From: Escherichia phage vB_EcoM_G17
DNA: 64,000 bases
Sequence record: MK327931.1
Reading direction: 5' to 3' (one strand)
The translations under genes and the position numbers were made by a program. Positions 46,700-55,448 of the stretch are shown here, piece after piece. The notes under the pieces are model-generated. The model saw only the letters and a program-made list of their open reading frames with translations. It ran no database searches and was not told the DNA's origin. The number at the start of each line of letters is the position of its first letter. Position 1 is the first letter of the stretch.

Positions 46700-47345
46700 T
46701 GTACTGATGCCTAAAATTAGTTTTTGGATTATTGTTCATAGTACTAATAAAATCAAATTTAACATTCTCTTGAATATATTTTTTAACACTATCTTTAAAT
46801 TTAATAGTACTGAAGTCTAAATCTAGATGTTCATACAATACCGGATGACAAAACTCATGTGTACGCAACGCTGGCATGGTATCCTTAATGTATTGCACAG
46901 TGTTAATCATTGCATTGTATTCCGGCATAGCACGCATCATCATTAGCTGAAAGTGTTCTTCCTCTGACATTGACTCATCCAAATCAATAACGACTTCATC
47001 ATTTTTAGAGTCATAAACTTTAATGGTACTCTTGGTTGGATCAAGCATAGCCCACTCTGGATACAGGCATGTTTTCCAAAAAGGATTATTGCACTGAAAC
47101 ATACTAATGAGATTTTGATCTTTATCAAAAATAGCAAATCCAAGATCCGAACTTGGTTGTACTTCACATACACAAATATCGTAAGACGAGTCTTCAGTAC
47201 TGAGTGAACCAACTACATTTGATATATGTGAATATGGAGTTTCTCTTGACTCCAACTGAAATGTACTTTCAATTCGATTGATTTGTGGATGTAATGTAAT
47301 TACACCCCTTAGTACATATAAAATTCTATCTAAATCTTTAATCAA
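46656..47345 (-). CDS. hypothetical protein
   Basis: 229-aa ORF. Confidence 0.5.
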   Translation of the reverse strand: MIKDLDRILYVLRGVITLHPQINRIESTFQLESRETPYSHISNVVGSLSTEDSSYDICVCEVQPSSDLGFAIFDKDQNLISMFQCNNPFWKTCLYPEWAMLDPTKSTIKVYDSKNDEVVIDLDESMSEEEHFQLMMMRAMPEYNAMINTVQYIKDTMPALRTHEFCHPVLYEHLDLDFSTIKFKDSVKKYIQENVKFDFISTMNNNPKTNFRHQYNESLSNGRDTSWWK

Positions 47346-47920
47346 AATTCTATCCCCGTATCAGTTAATTTCGTTCCGTCCATGTACTTAACAGTTATTT
47401 CAATGCGTCGATCAGTACTCAATTTTTGAAGATCATTGTAGTACAATTTAAATTCTTCAAAGAACTCAAGTGGTGGAATATCGTATAAAGTACTAATCTG
47501 GAAGTGCTCAGGTAATCCAAATTCCAATATATCAATCTTAGGCATAAGTCCATCGGCTGCTGCACCTTCTGGAGTACTGCTATCTGCTACATAAAACATA
47601 GAATTACCATGACGCTGGATAACGAATATGCAATCATCTTCACTTACATAAATCATATTTCCAAGGTATGGATCGTTATCACACCAATTATCATGGACGA
47701 GTTGTTCAACTTGAAGTAAATCTTTTATAATTCCCTGACCACTATCGTCAACTAGAATATGTAAACCAGAACAATCTTTGCTCAACCAGCGGTATCTTGC
47801 ATCACATCCTGATTCCATAAATGGATATTTTGAAAAATCCATATCAGTACCATTATAAAACCAATCGTACCACTCATTACGCATACTAATCAGCTTAGTA
47901 CTTAATTCTAATACATTCAT
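47342..47920 (-). CDS. hypothetical protein, FQxSTLxD-motif paralog family
   Basis: C-terminal HFQISTLYDIPPLEFF shared with 62456..63007 and 63069..63650. Confidence 0.5.
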   Translation of the reverse strand: MNVLELSTKLISMRNEWYDWFYNGTDMDFSKYPFMESGCDARYRWLSKDCSGLHILVDDSGQGIIKDLLQVEQLVHDNWCDNDPYLGNMIYVSEDDCIFVIQRHGNSMFYVADSSTPEGAAADGLMPKIDILEFGLPEHFQISTLYDIPPLEFFEEFKLYYNDLQKLSTDRRIEITVKYMDGTKLTDTGIEF

Positions 47921-47927
47921 TTTAGTT

Positions 47928-48230
47928 TTATCCTCTTAATTTAATAGTACTGGCTGGATATTCTACAAAAGTATTATCTGGTAATCCTATACAGTAATAA
48001 GGTAAATACCCCATCTTTATATTAATACCAATTAAAATTCCTGTTTTATATGAAGTATTAATTCCATAGTAATCGTCTATATCAACAGCAAGTCCATATA
48101 ATGATATGTTACAATCCTTGATGTATCGGTCAAACATTTTATACATTGATGGATATAAAGTTCCATTGGATTGTCTCACCAAATCAGCCAACATTTTGAT
48201 AGTACTGTTAATTAAATCTATACTGAACAT
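47928..48230 (-). CDS. hypothetical protein
   Basis: 100-aa ORF. Confidence 0.45.
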   Translation of the reverse strand: MFSIDLINSTIKMLADLVRQSNGTLYPSMYKMFDRYIKDCNISLYGLAVDIDDYYGINTSYKTGILIGINIKMGYLPYYCIGLPDNTFVEYPASTIKLRG

Positions 48231-48274
48231 CTTTGTACCTGCGAAAAAAGACCAGCAAACGCTGGCCTAAGAAT

Positions 48275-48556
48275 TTAAATTATTTCATAAAGACAATATA
48301 CACCATCAACGCCAGCATCAGGAAAATCAACATAGAAATTCACACTAACAGTGTCGTAATCTATATCAGTGATTCGTCCGGTTTTACCTACACTTTTTAC
48401 AAATATATCAGACCCAAGATACACAAACTCGAACTCGTCAGCATACTCTTTTATGATATCTGCGAACCTACAACCACACCTAGGTTCTGTGTTAATAATT
48501 TCAAGATATAATGTAATATATTGTTCGTATGTCCATGTGTGTAGATAAAAATCCAT
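48275..48556 (-). CDS. hypothetical protein
   Basis: 93-aa ORF. Confidence 0.45.
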   Translation of the reverse strand: MDFYLHTWTYEQYITLYLEIINTEPRCGCRFADIIKEYADEFEFVYLGSDIFVKSVGKTGRITDIDYDTVSVNFYVDFPDAGVDGVYCLYEII

Positions 48557-48566
48557 AGAAGTTTCC

Positions 48567-49304
48567 TTAGAAATATATCATACCCATCAATTCAGAATCG
48601 GCGGGGCGAGTATAACCTTGCTTCTTAACTTTAAAATAGAATGATTCATGCTCTTCTAAATTATAACGTTTTTTCAAGCAACGAGTGTATGTCTGACAAT
48701 TTGGGTGAACCCATTCATAAATGTGAATGCCATTTTCGTCATAACCATTTATACTACAACGATTTCCTTCATGCTTCATGAAGTTTTTACTTTTTTCAGT
48801 AAATTCTTTCACTGTAGTTGTATATGGGGATTTGTATTCAAAAGGAACTTCAGTCATACGAAAATAATAGTATTCTTCGTCTTCATCATATCCCAAGAGC
48901 ACTGTGTTAGTTTCACGTACATTGTAATGATTCTTACTTTTTAATTCATTTTCGTATATATCTTTCAGTACTTCTGCAAAAACTTCCTCGCTTGATGCAT
49001 TAGGATTAGATACACCTGATACTCGGCGTTCAATAATAAAATCAGTGAATTTACGGTCTTCGGCAATATCTTCGTTCATATAAAGACTAACAAACTTATC
49101 CTTATATGTCTTTACACTATATTGCTTACTTTGCACTTCACTATAAACATCTGCTAACATATTCTCCTGACCACACTGCACACCACTTACAGAATAAGCA
49201 CATGCATGTTCAGCCATTACTGATGTTAACATTTGGAAATTTGCCATGTTTAATTCATTCGCCATCTCTGTAGCGAAACGGATACGGTCAAGCATTTCAC
49301 ACAC
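48567..49304 (-). CDS. hypothetical protein
   Basis: 245-aa ORF. Confidence 0.5.
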   Translation of the reverse strand: MCEMLDRIRFATEMANELNMANFQMLTSVMAEHACAYSVSGVQCGQENMLADVYSEVQSKQYSVKTYKDKFVSLYMNEDIAEDRKFTDFIIERRVSGVSNPNASSEEVFAEVLKDIYENELKSKNHYNVRETNTVLLGYDEDEEYYYFRMTEVPFEYKSPYTTTVKEFTEKSKNFMKHEGNRCSINGYDENGIHIYEWVHPNCQTYTRCLKKRYNLEEHESFYFKVKKQGYTRPADSELMGMIYF

Positions 49305-49353
49305 TCCTTGTGTTAATTATTGTTCCTTACCCATTATTATATCATGAATTAAA

Positions 49354-49650
49354 CTATTGTCCCTGTTTATAGCAATAAAGATTCTCTAATTTAAAATCTA
49401 CTAGATCACATTCAGAACGTACTCGATTCTTGTTCCAGAATAAAATACGAATCCTTTCATAATCACGATAAACACTAATAATGCTTCTGTGCTTGGATTT
49501 GTAGTAATCCTGTACTATCCCCAGATACACAGTCCTCAATAAAGACTTAGTTGGATAGGGCATATTCTGTGCTGACGTGATATCGTAAATCATCTTCATT
49601 GTTTCAGCAACAAGTACTTCATTTGTTCTCATTGTAATCCTTACATACAC
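49354..49650 (-). CDS. hypothetical protein (track start is GTG; true start probably an internal ATG)
   Basis: 98-aa ORF. Confidence 0.4.
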   Translation of the reverse strand: MYVRITMRTNEVLVAETMKMIYDITSAQNMPYPTKSLLRTVYLGIVQDYYKSKHRSIISVYRDYERIRILFWNKNRVRSECDLVDFKLENLYCYKQGQ

Positions 49651-49795
49651 TATGTAAAGTAAATCCTAATCCAACACCGACAAATGGAAATAGTAAATTG
49701 ATATACCAAGTATTAATTGATGAAAGTAAACAAATCCCACATACTGTCAGTACTGCCAATGAAAAAAGACTCCAGATAAAAAATACTGCTCTCAT
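49619..49795 (-). CDS. small hydrophobic protein (58 aa, two TM segments), not in ORF track
   Basis: Hand-translated MRAVFFIWSLFSLAVLTVCGICLLSSINTWYINLLFPFVGVGLGFTLHSVCKDYNENK; GAGGT SD about 10 nt upstream; ATGA overlap with upstream gene stop. Confidence 0.4.
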   Translation of the reverse strand: MRAVFFIWSLFSLAVLTVCGICLLSSINTWYINLLFPFVGVGLGFTLHSVCKDYNENK

Positions 49796-50082
49796 AAAAA
49801 TGTTACCTCATCAAATGAAAAGTTTAAGTACGTTGTTGAATCTTGGTCTAAAGTATGAATAGTAATATGACCATTGAAATAAAAAGAAACATCAACTATT
49901 TGAAGTTTTGGGTATTTTCTAGTACTGAAATACCTTCCTACTACTAAGTCAGAAAACATATTTCTGTATTCTTGTGTTACGTTTTTGTATAGGTTATGTA
50001 GAGCACTTTCTTGTGAATCGAAAGTAATGGAATAATCTTTCACCAATATAGCATATGTTTTCTGCATTAAAATGATATTCAT
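49792..50082 (-). CDS. hypothetical protein, tandem ~90-aa paralog array
   Basis: 96 aa; similar size and composition to 50079..51937 ORFs. Confidence 0.45.
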   Translation of the reverse strand: MNIILMQKTYAILVKDYSITFDSQESALHNLYKNVTQEYRNMFSDLVVGRYFSTRKYPKLQIVDVSFYFNGHITIHTLDQDSTTYLNFSFDEVTFL

Positions 50083-50342
50083 AAATCTCCTAATATCTCA
50101 AAAATTATTGATATTGGGTATACTGGGTTATCAGATGAAGTAACACATACTATTAGTACGTTTTTTCCAGGTGCTACATCCTTTACCGTGAAATTAATAT
50201 TATTAAGAATCAGTGATTTACCAATATAATGCTCTTTCAATAATTCAACAAAATAATCCAGTACTGGATTATCTGCACTATATGATAACTCAGTACTTGA
50301 TATCATTTTATATGTATGAACTATTAGTTCAGCTTTAGTCAT
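50079..50342 (-). CDS. hypothetical protein, tandem ~90-aa paralog array
   Basis: Start moved to Met42 of track ORF (avoids swallowing the zinc-ribbon ORF); LKEHYIGKSLIL motif. Confidence 0.45.
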   Translation of the reverse strand: MTKAELIVHTYKMISSTELSYSADNPVLDYFVELLKEHYIGKSLILNNINFTVKDVAPGKNVLIVCVTSSDNPVYPISIIFEILGDL

Positions 50343-50535
50343 GAACACGCTCACAATTAAGGCAATAAATGCACTCAATGTCAGGTCGCCATGATTTATC
50401 AAAATCTTTGTGTTGTTCTTCGGTGTATTCCGCATCATCATTAATAGGGAAGAAATCACCAGCACCAGTCGCCCAGTCTGAATCTAAACGGAAACGAGCT
50501 AATTGAGTACTGTTACAATATGGACATTTATTCAA
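50335..50535 (-). CDS. zinc-ribbon protein
   Basis: 66 aa; CPYC ... CIYCLNC. Confidence 0.45.
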   Translation of the reverse strand: MNKCPYCNSTQLARFRLDSDWATGAGDFFPINDDAEYTEEQHKDFDKSWRPDIECIYCLNCERVHD

Positions 50536-50812
50536 AATTTATTCCTTCTAACTGATATACGTTTAATGAAAATGACCCACTATTATTATCGCATCTGAAA
50601 CACAGTGTTAAAGAACCATTAAAACTAACTACATCCGTACAGATACATTTTTCACCATTGGATATGATAGATTTTCCTATATATAAATCTCTTACTATAG
50701 TACGGTAATGTTGCCATAAAAAATAATACACACTTTCATAGTACTCATCTTTTACATATGATAAGTATAAGAATTTATAAAATACTTGTATTTCCTTTAA
50801 GTTGTTTTTCAT
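50528..50812 (-). CDS. hypothetical protein, tandem ~90-aa paralog array
   Basis: N-terminal EIQVFYKFLYLSY and DLYIGKSIIS motifs. Confidence 0.5.
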   Translation of the reverse strand: MKNNLKEIQVFYKFLYLSYVKDEYYESVYYFLWQHYRTIVRDLYIGKSIISNGEKCICTDVVSFNGSLTLCFRCDNNSGSFSLNVYQLEGINFE

Positions 50813-51086
50813 TCTTCAATTCCAGTAAATTTACACCAATCCAATCAACATCACTATCAGTACTTAATTCCAATCGTAGCTTACCGCTATGACTAACAAT
50901 ATCGCGGAATTTGTATATTTTATTATCACGAACTATACACAAATCATGGTAATATTCATGTAATTCATCCAAAAACTTTATCCATACCGAACGATAGATT
51001 TCACTGTAGAGATATTCTCCAGCATCAACCGTAGCGTATTGGATATACAAAAATTTGTATGTGAATTGTATATCATTTAATAACAT
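50775..51086 (-). CDS. hypothetical protein, tandem ~90-aa paralog array
   Basis: N-terminal LNDIQFTYKFLYIQY. Confidence 0.5.
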   Translation of the reverse strand: MLLNDIQFTYKFLYIQYATVDAGEYLYSEIYRSVWIKFLDELHEYYHDLCIVRDNKIYKFRDIVSHSGKLRLELSTDSDVDWIGVNLLELKNEKQLKGNTSIL

Positions 51087-51096
51087 ATGTAACCTC

Positions 51097-51408
51097 TTAT
51101 AAATTCACCAACTTCACAACTTTAATCTCGATAAATCCCCTATCGGTTATTTCCTGAAATTGAACATGGATTATACCATTATATGATTGCACACCATAGA
51201 AATCGAATTTATCATTTCCATCGATAAAAGTACTGTAATTCTTTTTTATATATTCACCTACTGAATCTAAGTACTCAATATATAAATCAATAAATGGTTG
51301 TTCTTTGGATCGGTTATGTGAACCTATGTTGTTACTAACAAGGTATACATCATACAAATCATATAGGATCTTATAAGTGAATTGTATATCATTTAAATTT
51401 AATCCCAA
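51097..51408 (-). CDS. hypothetical protein, tandem ~90-aa paralog array
   Basis: N-terminal LNDIQFTYKILYDLY. Confidence 0.5.
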   Translation of the reverse strand: MGLNLNDIQFTYKILYDLYDVYLVSNNIGSHNRSKEQPFIDLYIEYLDSVGEYIKKNYSTFIDGNDKFDFYGVQSYNGIIHVQFQEITDRGFIEIKVVKLVNL

Positions 51409-51665
51409 GGGAATATCTCCAACGGAATACTGGTAAATCCAAAATCAGTGTAGTACTGAACCTCAACTTTACCATCACGTCTAATGATTATATCAGAAAA
51501 TTCTGCATGGTCATCACCAATAATAACAGTACTGAATTTTTTTTTAATCTTACCACGAATCGTATGAATCATTTCAGTGCATGTGTCTTCTAGACTAGGG
51601 CTATCATTGTCGTGTGCTAAATCTCGAATAATCTTGTATGTTAGTAGGAAATCTTTATAATTCAT
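51399..51665 (-). CDS. hypothetical protein, tandem ~90-aa paralog array
   Basis: N-terminal DFLLTYKIIRDL. Confidence 0.5.
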   Translation of the reverse strand: MNYKDFLLTYKIIRDLAHDNDSPSLEDTCTEMIHTIRGKIKKKFSTVIIGDDHAEFSDIIIRRDGKVEVQYYTDFGFTSIPLEIFPWD

Positions 51666-51937
51666 ATGTCCACCAAATCTATACTATATCTTTCATTAGT
51701 ATTACTATCTATAAATGATAGTACTAATTTACCACCAAAACTATTAACTTGTTCTATCTTCTGTTTTTTACCACGAATGATTATCTCACTATTAACAAAA
51801 TATTCACGTATCATTATTAAGTGATTAATCCAGATAGTATGAGTGAATGTGTTTTCTCGTATTGTATTGAGATATCTTCCATTGTGATGTAAATCAAACA
51901 AAACACTGTATGTATATTGTAGAACTTTATAATTCAT
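51662..51937 (-). CDS. hypothetical protein, tandem ~90-aa paralog array
   Basis: N-terminal YKVLQYTYSVLFDL. Confidence 0.5.
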   Translation of the reverse strand: MNYKVLQYTYSVLFDLHHNGRYLNTIRENTFTHTIWINHLIMIREYFVNSEIIIRGKKQKIEQVNSFGGKLVLSFIDSNTNERYSIDLVDI

Positions 51938-51983
51938 ATATCCCCTTACAAAAATAGCCCGAACTTATGTCGGGCTATGTACA

Positions 51984-52598
51984 TTATTCATCGTCGTCAT
52001 CGTCATCTAGATCGATATAGATACTATCATCACCATCATCAAAGTACTCCACAATAACTCCTGGAATATTAAGGGCAGTAAACATTGCATCATATTTCTC
52101 ATCAGATGGAATCAAAACAAATTCGTCAATGTTTTGAACTTCTGGCATTTTATCTTCGGGGATACCCATATCAACAAGTGACTGAATAATCTTTTCTTTG
52201 AATTCTAAAAACTTCTCTTCAGATTCAAAATCCATAATAAGCTGTGCAACATATCCTTCATCGTTACCGAATGAAATTGACATTTGTGCATCAGTACCGA
52301 CATAGCACCAAACACGTTTACCTGTGTGCTGCTCAATAAAGTTTTGAATCTGTAACACAATGTCATGGCGAGAACTGTTAGCAATGTTGTTAAGATTTTC
52401 TACACCAGCATTAATTCCAGTACTGTCATTTGTTTCTTCAAATTCACCATAATCACCCAATACATACTGTACACCTTCATGATGTAATGCATATGCATAG
52501 TCAAGGTCAGCGAGTGAATCGCACTTTCCACGGATCGGACGTAGGGAAAGACCTAAGCGAAGATAACGGAAGTATGTATTAGTATTTGTATTTGTCAA
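51984..52598 (-). CDS. acidic protein with poly-Asp C-terminus
   Basis: Start set at TTG (AAGGAG SD 7 nt upstream) after upstream gene stop; C-terminus YFDDGDDSIYIDLDDDDDDE. Confidence 0.45.
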   Translation of the reverse strand: MTNTNTNTYFRYLRLGLSLRPIRGKCDSLADLDYAYALHHEGVQYVLGDYGEFEETNDSTGINAGVENLNNIANSSRHDIVLQIQNFIEQHTGKRVWCYVGTDAQMSISFGNDEGYVAQLIMDFESEEKFLEFKEKIIQSLVDMGIPEDKMPEVQNIDEFVLIPSDEKYDAMFTALNIPGVIVEYFDDGDDSIYIDLDDDDDDE

Positions 52599-52878
52599 CG
52601 TAATGCTCCTTAACAATATAAAAGTAGTTGCTGTTATTGTCAAAAAAGATAACCATCCCTTTATAGACATTTACACCAATTTTGATTTCACATATGTTAT
52701 TTGATTTACTCGCTTCAGTCAATAACATTTTGTGCTCTTTACTGAAAGTGTGGAACAGTGGTTTGACATGCCACATTTCGATACCATCCAGTACTGAAAA
52801 TTTTTCACTAAATTTAATCATTGATTCTTGTAAAAAATATCCTGTAAGATTTATTTCATCACACATGCAAGTTTCCAA
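52579..52878 (-). CDS. hypothetical protein
   Basis: 99-aa ORF. Confidence 0.45.
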   Translation of the reverse strand: METCMCDEINLTGYFLQESMIKFSEKFSVLDGIEMWHVKPLFHTFSKEHKMLLTEASKSNNICEIKIGVNVYKGMVIFFDNNSNYFYIVKEHYVDKYKY

Positions 52879-53152
52879 GAAAATTAATCACATCTGCATG
52901 TGATAATGTATCATTACCTTCTAGTACATTAATGATAAACGGCACTTGACGATATAGTTCAGCCAGGAATTGTACCTCATCAGATGTGTAAGAATATCCC
53001 ATAGGAACAACCTGTGCAGTCCAGTTTCCTAGAGTTTTGTTAGCAATAATTGCAACTACAGTATTACCTTTGTATTCAACATGGATGGAACGAAATCCTG
53101 ATTGCTCATTTTGATCCCAAAGTACTGGATTGGTTTTGAACAGTACTGACAT
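52859..53152 (-). CDS. hypothetical protein
   Basis: 97-aa ORF. Confidence 0.45.
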   Translation of the reverse strand: MSVLFKTNPVLWDQNEQSGFRSIHVEYKGNTVVAIIANKTLGNWTAQVVPMGYSYTSDEVQFLAELYRQVPFIINVLEGNDTLSHADVINFLGNLHV

Positions 53153-53154
53153 AA

Positions 53155-53688
53155 TTATTTCCTCATGTATTTTATAACGTCTTCAAATAATTGTATTTTT
53201 AAGTCCTCGTCATTTCCAGGTAAAAACTCACGAAAACTATCAAAATCTTCATTTTTTGCGAAGTTACGCATTTGTGTTGAGCTATATTGACTTACATTAC
53301 GGTCAATACCTGCCTGAATTGCTTTTATACTACAAAAATTATACAACTTACCATTGTACATGTCAAGAGTTTTTTGAAAAGAATCAATACGGTCAGAACC
53401 ACAAATGAAAAGAACATCTAAGTACTTTCCATCCAGTTCTCTCATTATATCAAATAGATTGTCTTCTGTGTAGATGTTCTCTTGCACTGAAGGATAGAAT
53501 CCCTCTGTATAATACATTTTTAGTTCAGGTGGGAGTGGGTTTTTTATATTGTCAGTACTGGTGCTTAGATATATTTTTAAATCAGCATTGTACTGTTCTT
53601 GTAATGTTTTGGCCTTTTCAAAAACTAAACCATGTCCACGATGTACAGGATTAATACGACCAAACGTTAATACACATGTTTCTTTCAT
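53155..53688 (-). CDS. HxGH-type nucleotidyltransferase (cytidylyltransferase superfamily; NMN adenylyltransferase- or PPAT-like)
   Basis: N-terminal FGRINPVHRGH (HxGH) and downstream SSTQMR (ISSTxxR-like). Confidence 0.65.
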   Translation of the reverse strand: MKETCVLTFGRINPVHRGHGLVFEKAKTLQEQYNADLKIYLSTSTDNIKNPLPPELKMYYTEGFYPSVQENIYTEDNLFDIMRELDGKYLDVLFICGSDRIDSFQKTLDMYNGKLYNFCSIKAIQAGIDRNVSQYSSTQMRNFAKNEDFDSFREFLPGNDEDLKIQLFEDVIKYMRK

Positions 53689-54206
53689 AAATTCTTCATC
53701 ACCAATCCGAGAGATTTAAGATAATTAATTTTAGCAGTGGTTAAGTACTTATCCAGTACTATCAGACACGAAGGAAATGGTGCTGAATCTGTTTTCTTAT
53801 CGGGTTCTTCTGGTATACCAAATCGTAATCTTCCCTTAATAAAACAAATACAATCACATATTTTAGCAGCATAATCCTGAAAAGCAATTGTGTCGGTTCT
53901 TGAGGGTACAAGAATAACTACAGTTGCCCCGTTATTATATGCATCTACTGCTTTAGATAACCAAGTTTTCAAATCACTGTATGGTGGATTCAACCAAACT
54001 ATATTATTTCCCCAATCCTGTGATAGTGAATCATCTTCTGGAGTGAAAAAATTATCACACAATGCAGTCTCATCAACACAAGCAGCATCAAGTGTAAATC
54101 CCCATAACTCATCCAAATCTTCAAAGAAATCTTTGGGAGTTGTCCAGTTATCTTTTCCAGTACTGAAATGTACTGAATGTTTTTTCGAAGCATCCTTCTT
54201 CGACAT
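53685..54206 (-). CDS. DNA N6-adenine methyltransferase (phage Dam-like family)
   Basis: Catalytic NPPYS motif with WTTP, LDAA and TVVILVPSRTDT context. Confidence 0.7.
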   Translation of the reverse strand: MSKKDASKKHSVHFSTGKDNWTTPKDFFEDLDELWGFTLDAACVDETALCDNFFTPEDDSLSQDWGNNIVWLNPPYSDLKTWLSKAVDAYNNGATVVILVPSRTDTIAFQDYAAKICDCICFIKGRLRFGIPEEPDKKTDSAPFPSCLIVLDKYLTTAKINYLKSLGLVMKNL

Positions 54207-54222
54207 TATATAATTCCTTTTG

Positions 54223-54843
54223 TTAGAGACAGTTGTGTACTATCTTATCAAAAGTACTACTGTCAATGTTATATTCATATAAAAATTTAAAATGTGAACC
54301 GTAACGCATCATCAGATTAAACTCTTCTTCAGTATTGAACTTGTAATCATGAATAGTCTCAGGGGTACATTTTAAACCCAAGAACTCTATAATTTCAGAT
54401 GTTACATCATATCCTGAATTGAAGTATTTAACCCAAACACATTTTCCTTGTGGGTTGTATTTTCTATATTCTCCTTCTAGTTCTCCTTTAATAATATGAG
54501 CCTTAACACTTATTGAATTATTACTATATCTTTCTTCAAAATAATTACCATACTGGGCTTTTGATATTGTTGGTTTTTGAGTAGGAAGTAATTTAACTGA
54601 AGTTACTTCAATTCCATTTTGTAATTCCTTTATATAAGAAATGCATCCTTTTTCTTTAATAACCACATATCCAGTAAAGATATCTTCGTCTTGTGATTGA
54701 TTAATGCAATCATCAAAATTCAAAGTTTTATAAGTAACAGTTTTTTCTTTTCTAATAAATGCCATCATTATTCCTATGGAAACATCAATGAATATACGTG
54801 ACGTTGATTGCATCAACATCAGTAGAATTATCATGCTACGCAT
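54223..54843 (-). CDS. hypothetical protein (true start probably an internal Met)
   Basis: 206-aa ORF with Met-rich hydrophobic N-terminal extension. Confidence 0.5.
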   Translation of the reverse strand: MRSMIILLMLMQSTSRIFIDVSIGIMMAFIRKEKTVTYKTLNFDDCINQSQDEDIFTGYVVIKEKGCISYIKELQNGIEVTSVKLLPTQKPTISKAQYGNYFEERYSNNSISVKAHIIKGELEGEYRKYNPQGKCVWVKYFNSGYDVTSEIIEFLGLKCTPETIHDYKFNTEEEFNLMMRYGSHFKFLYEYNIDSSTFDKIVHNCL

Positions 54844-55384
54844 GTCTAATTCTACACAAGTACTATTTTCTTTTAATTAATATTGACGGGGTTTGCTTGA
54901 GCATATTTCATCCCCCCGCAGGGGAAAGAACAAAAAAATTTGACGCTGGTGGCCTTCACATAGTTCATATCACGAATTCTCTTACGAGACGAAAGCGGGT
55001 TGCTCTGTTTCTCTCTATCGCGGTTCTTGTAGCAACGGTCGTCGGTCTTAAACATCCCGACACATAATACAAATACCATATGACCAGTACTTGTATTTGA
55101 TTTCACAAAATTTGGACGCAACTATATTGTATAATTCCGACCGCATATTTCTTATGAAATCTCCCTTAGATAATTGGTAAGGTGCGATCCTTATATGTCT
55201 ATCGAGGAACTCTCTTTATCCTATTGGAGTTCTTTATACAGCCGCATTGCCGTGAGTGGTTCAAACTATGCCATCATCTAACGGGTTTCATCTGCTGTTC
55301 GTACTGAAAGGACTACTCATCTACCCTCTACATTTTCGAGTGGATTAGGCTTTTAATCATTTCCTTATGGGAACCTTTCAGGAT

Positions 55385-55420
55385 TAAAAAAAGGTGACTA
55401 ACATATTATGTTGTCACCTT
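55385..55420 (-). terminator. rho-independent terminator
   Basis: Long stem AAGGTGAC(t)AACAT/ATGTTGTCACCTT followed on minus strand by T7. Confidence 0.65.
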
Positions 55421-55448
55421 ATATTATATCATTAACTTATCATTTGTC

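Noticed and set aside
40061-48944. ORFs 40061..40354, 40775..41080, 41498..41752, 43289..43642, 43477..43731, 43759..43962, 44106..44339, 45058..45240, 46943..47212, 48233..48511, 48705..48944
   Set aside because: Antisense or alternate-frame ORFs inside supported genes (including Pnk and Rnl1); no independent evidence.
54798-55121. ORFs 54798..55067 (+) and 54873..55121 (-) in the GC-rich intergenic island
   Set aside because: The minus-strand ORF starts with TTG, has no SD, and its composition is unlike neighbouring genes; the region is treated as non-coding and reported as a finding rather than a CDS.
54844-55448. tRNA gene in the non-coding island
   Set aside because: A CTTA/TAAG D-arm-like stem is present, but no acceptor stem, anticodon stem or GTTC(R)A T-loop could be assembled on either strand; a covariance-model scan would be decisive.
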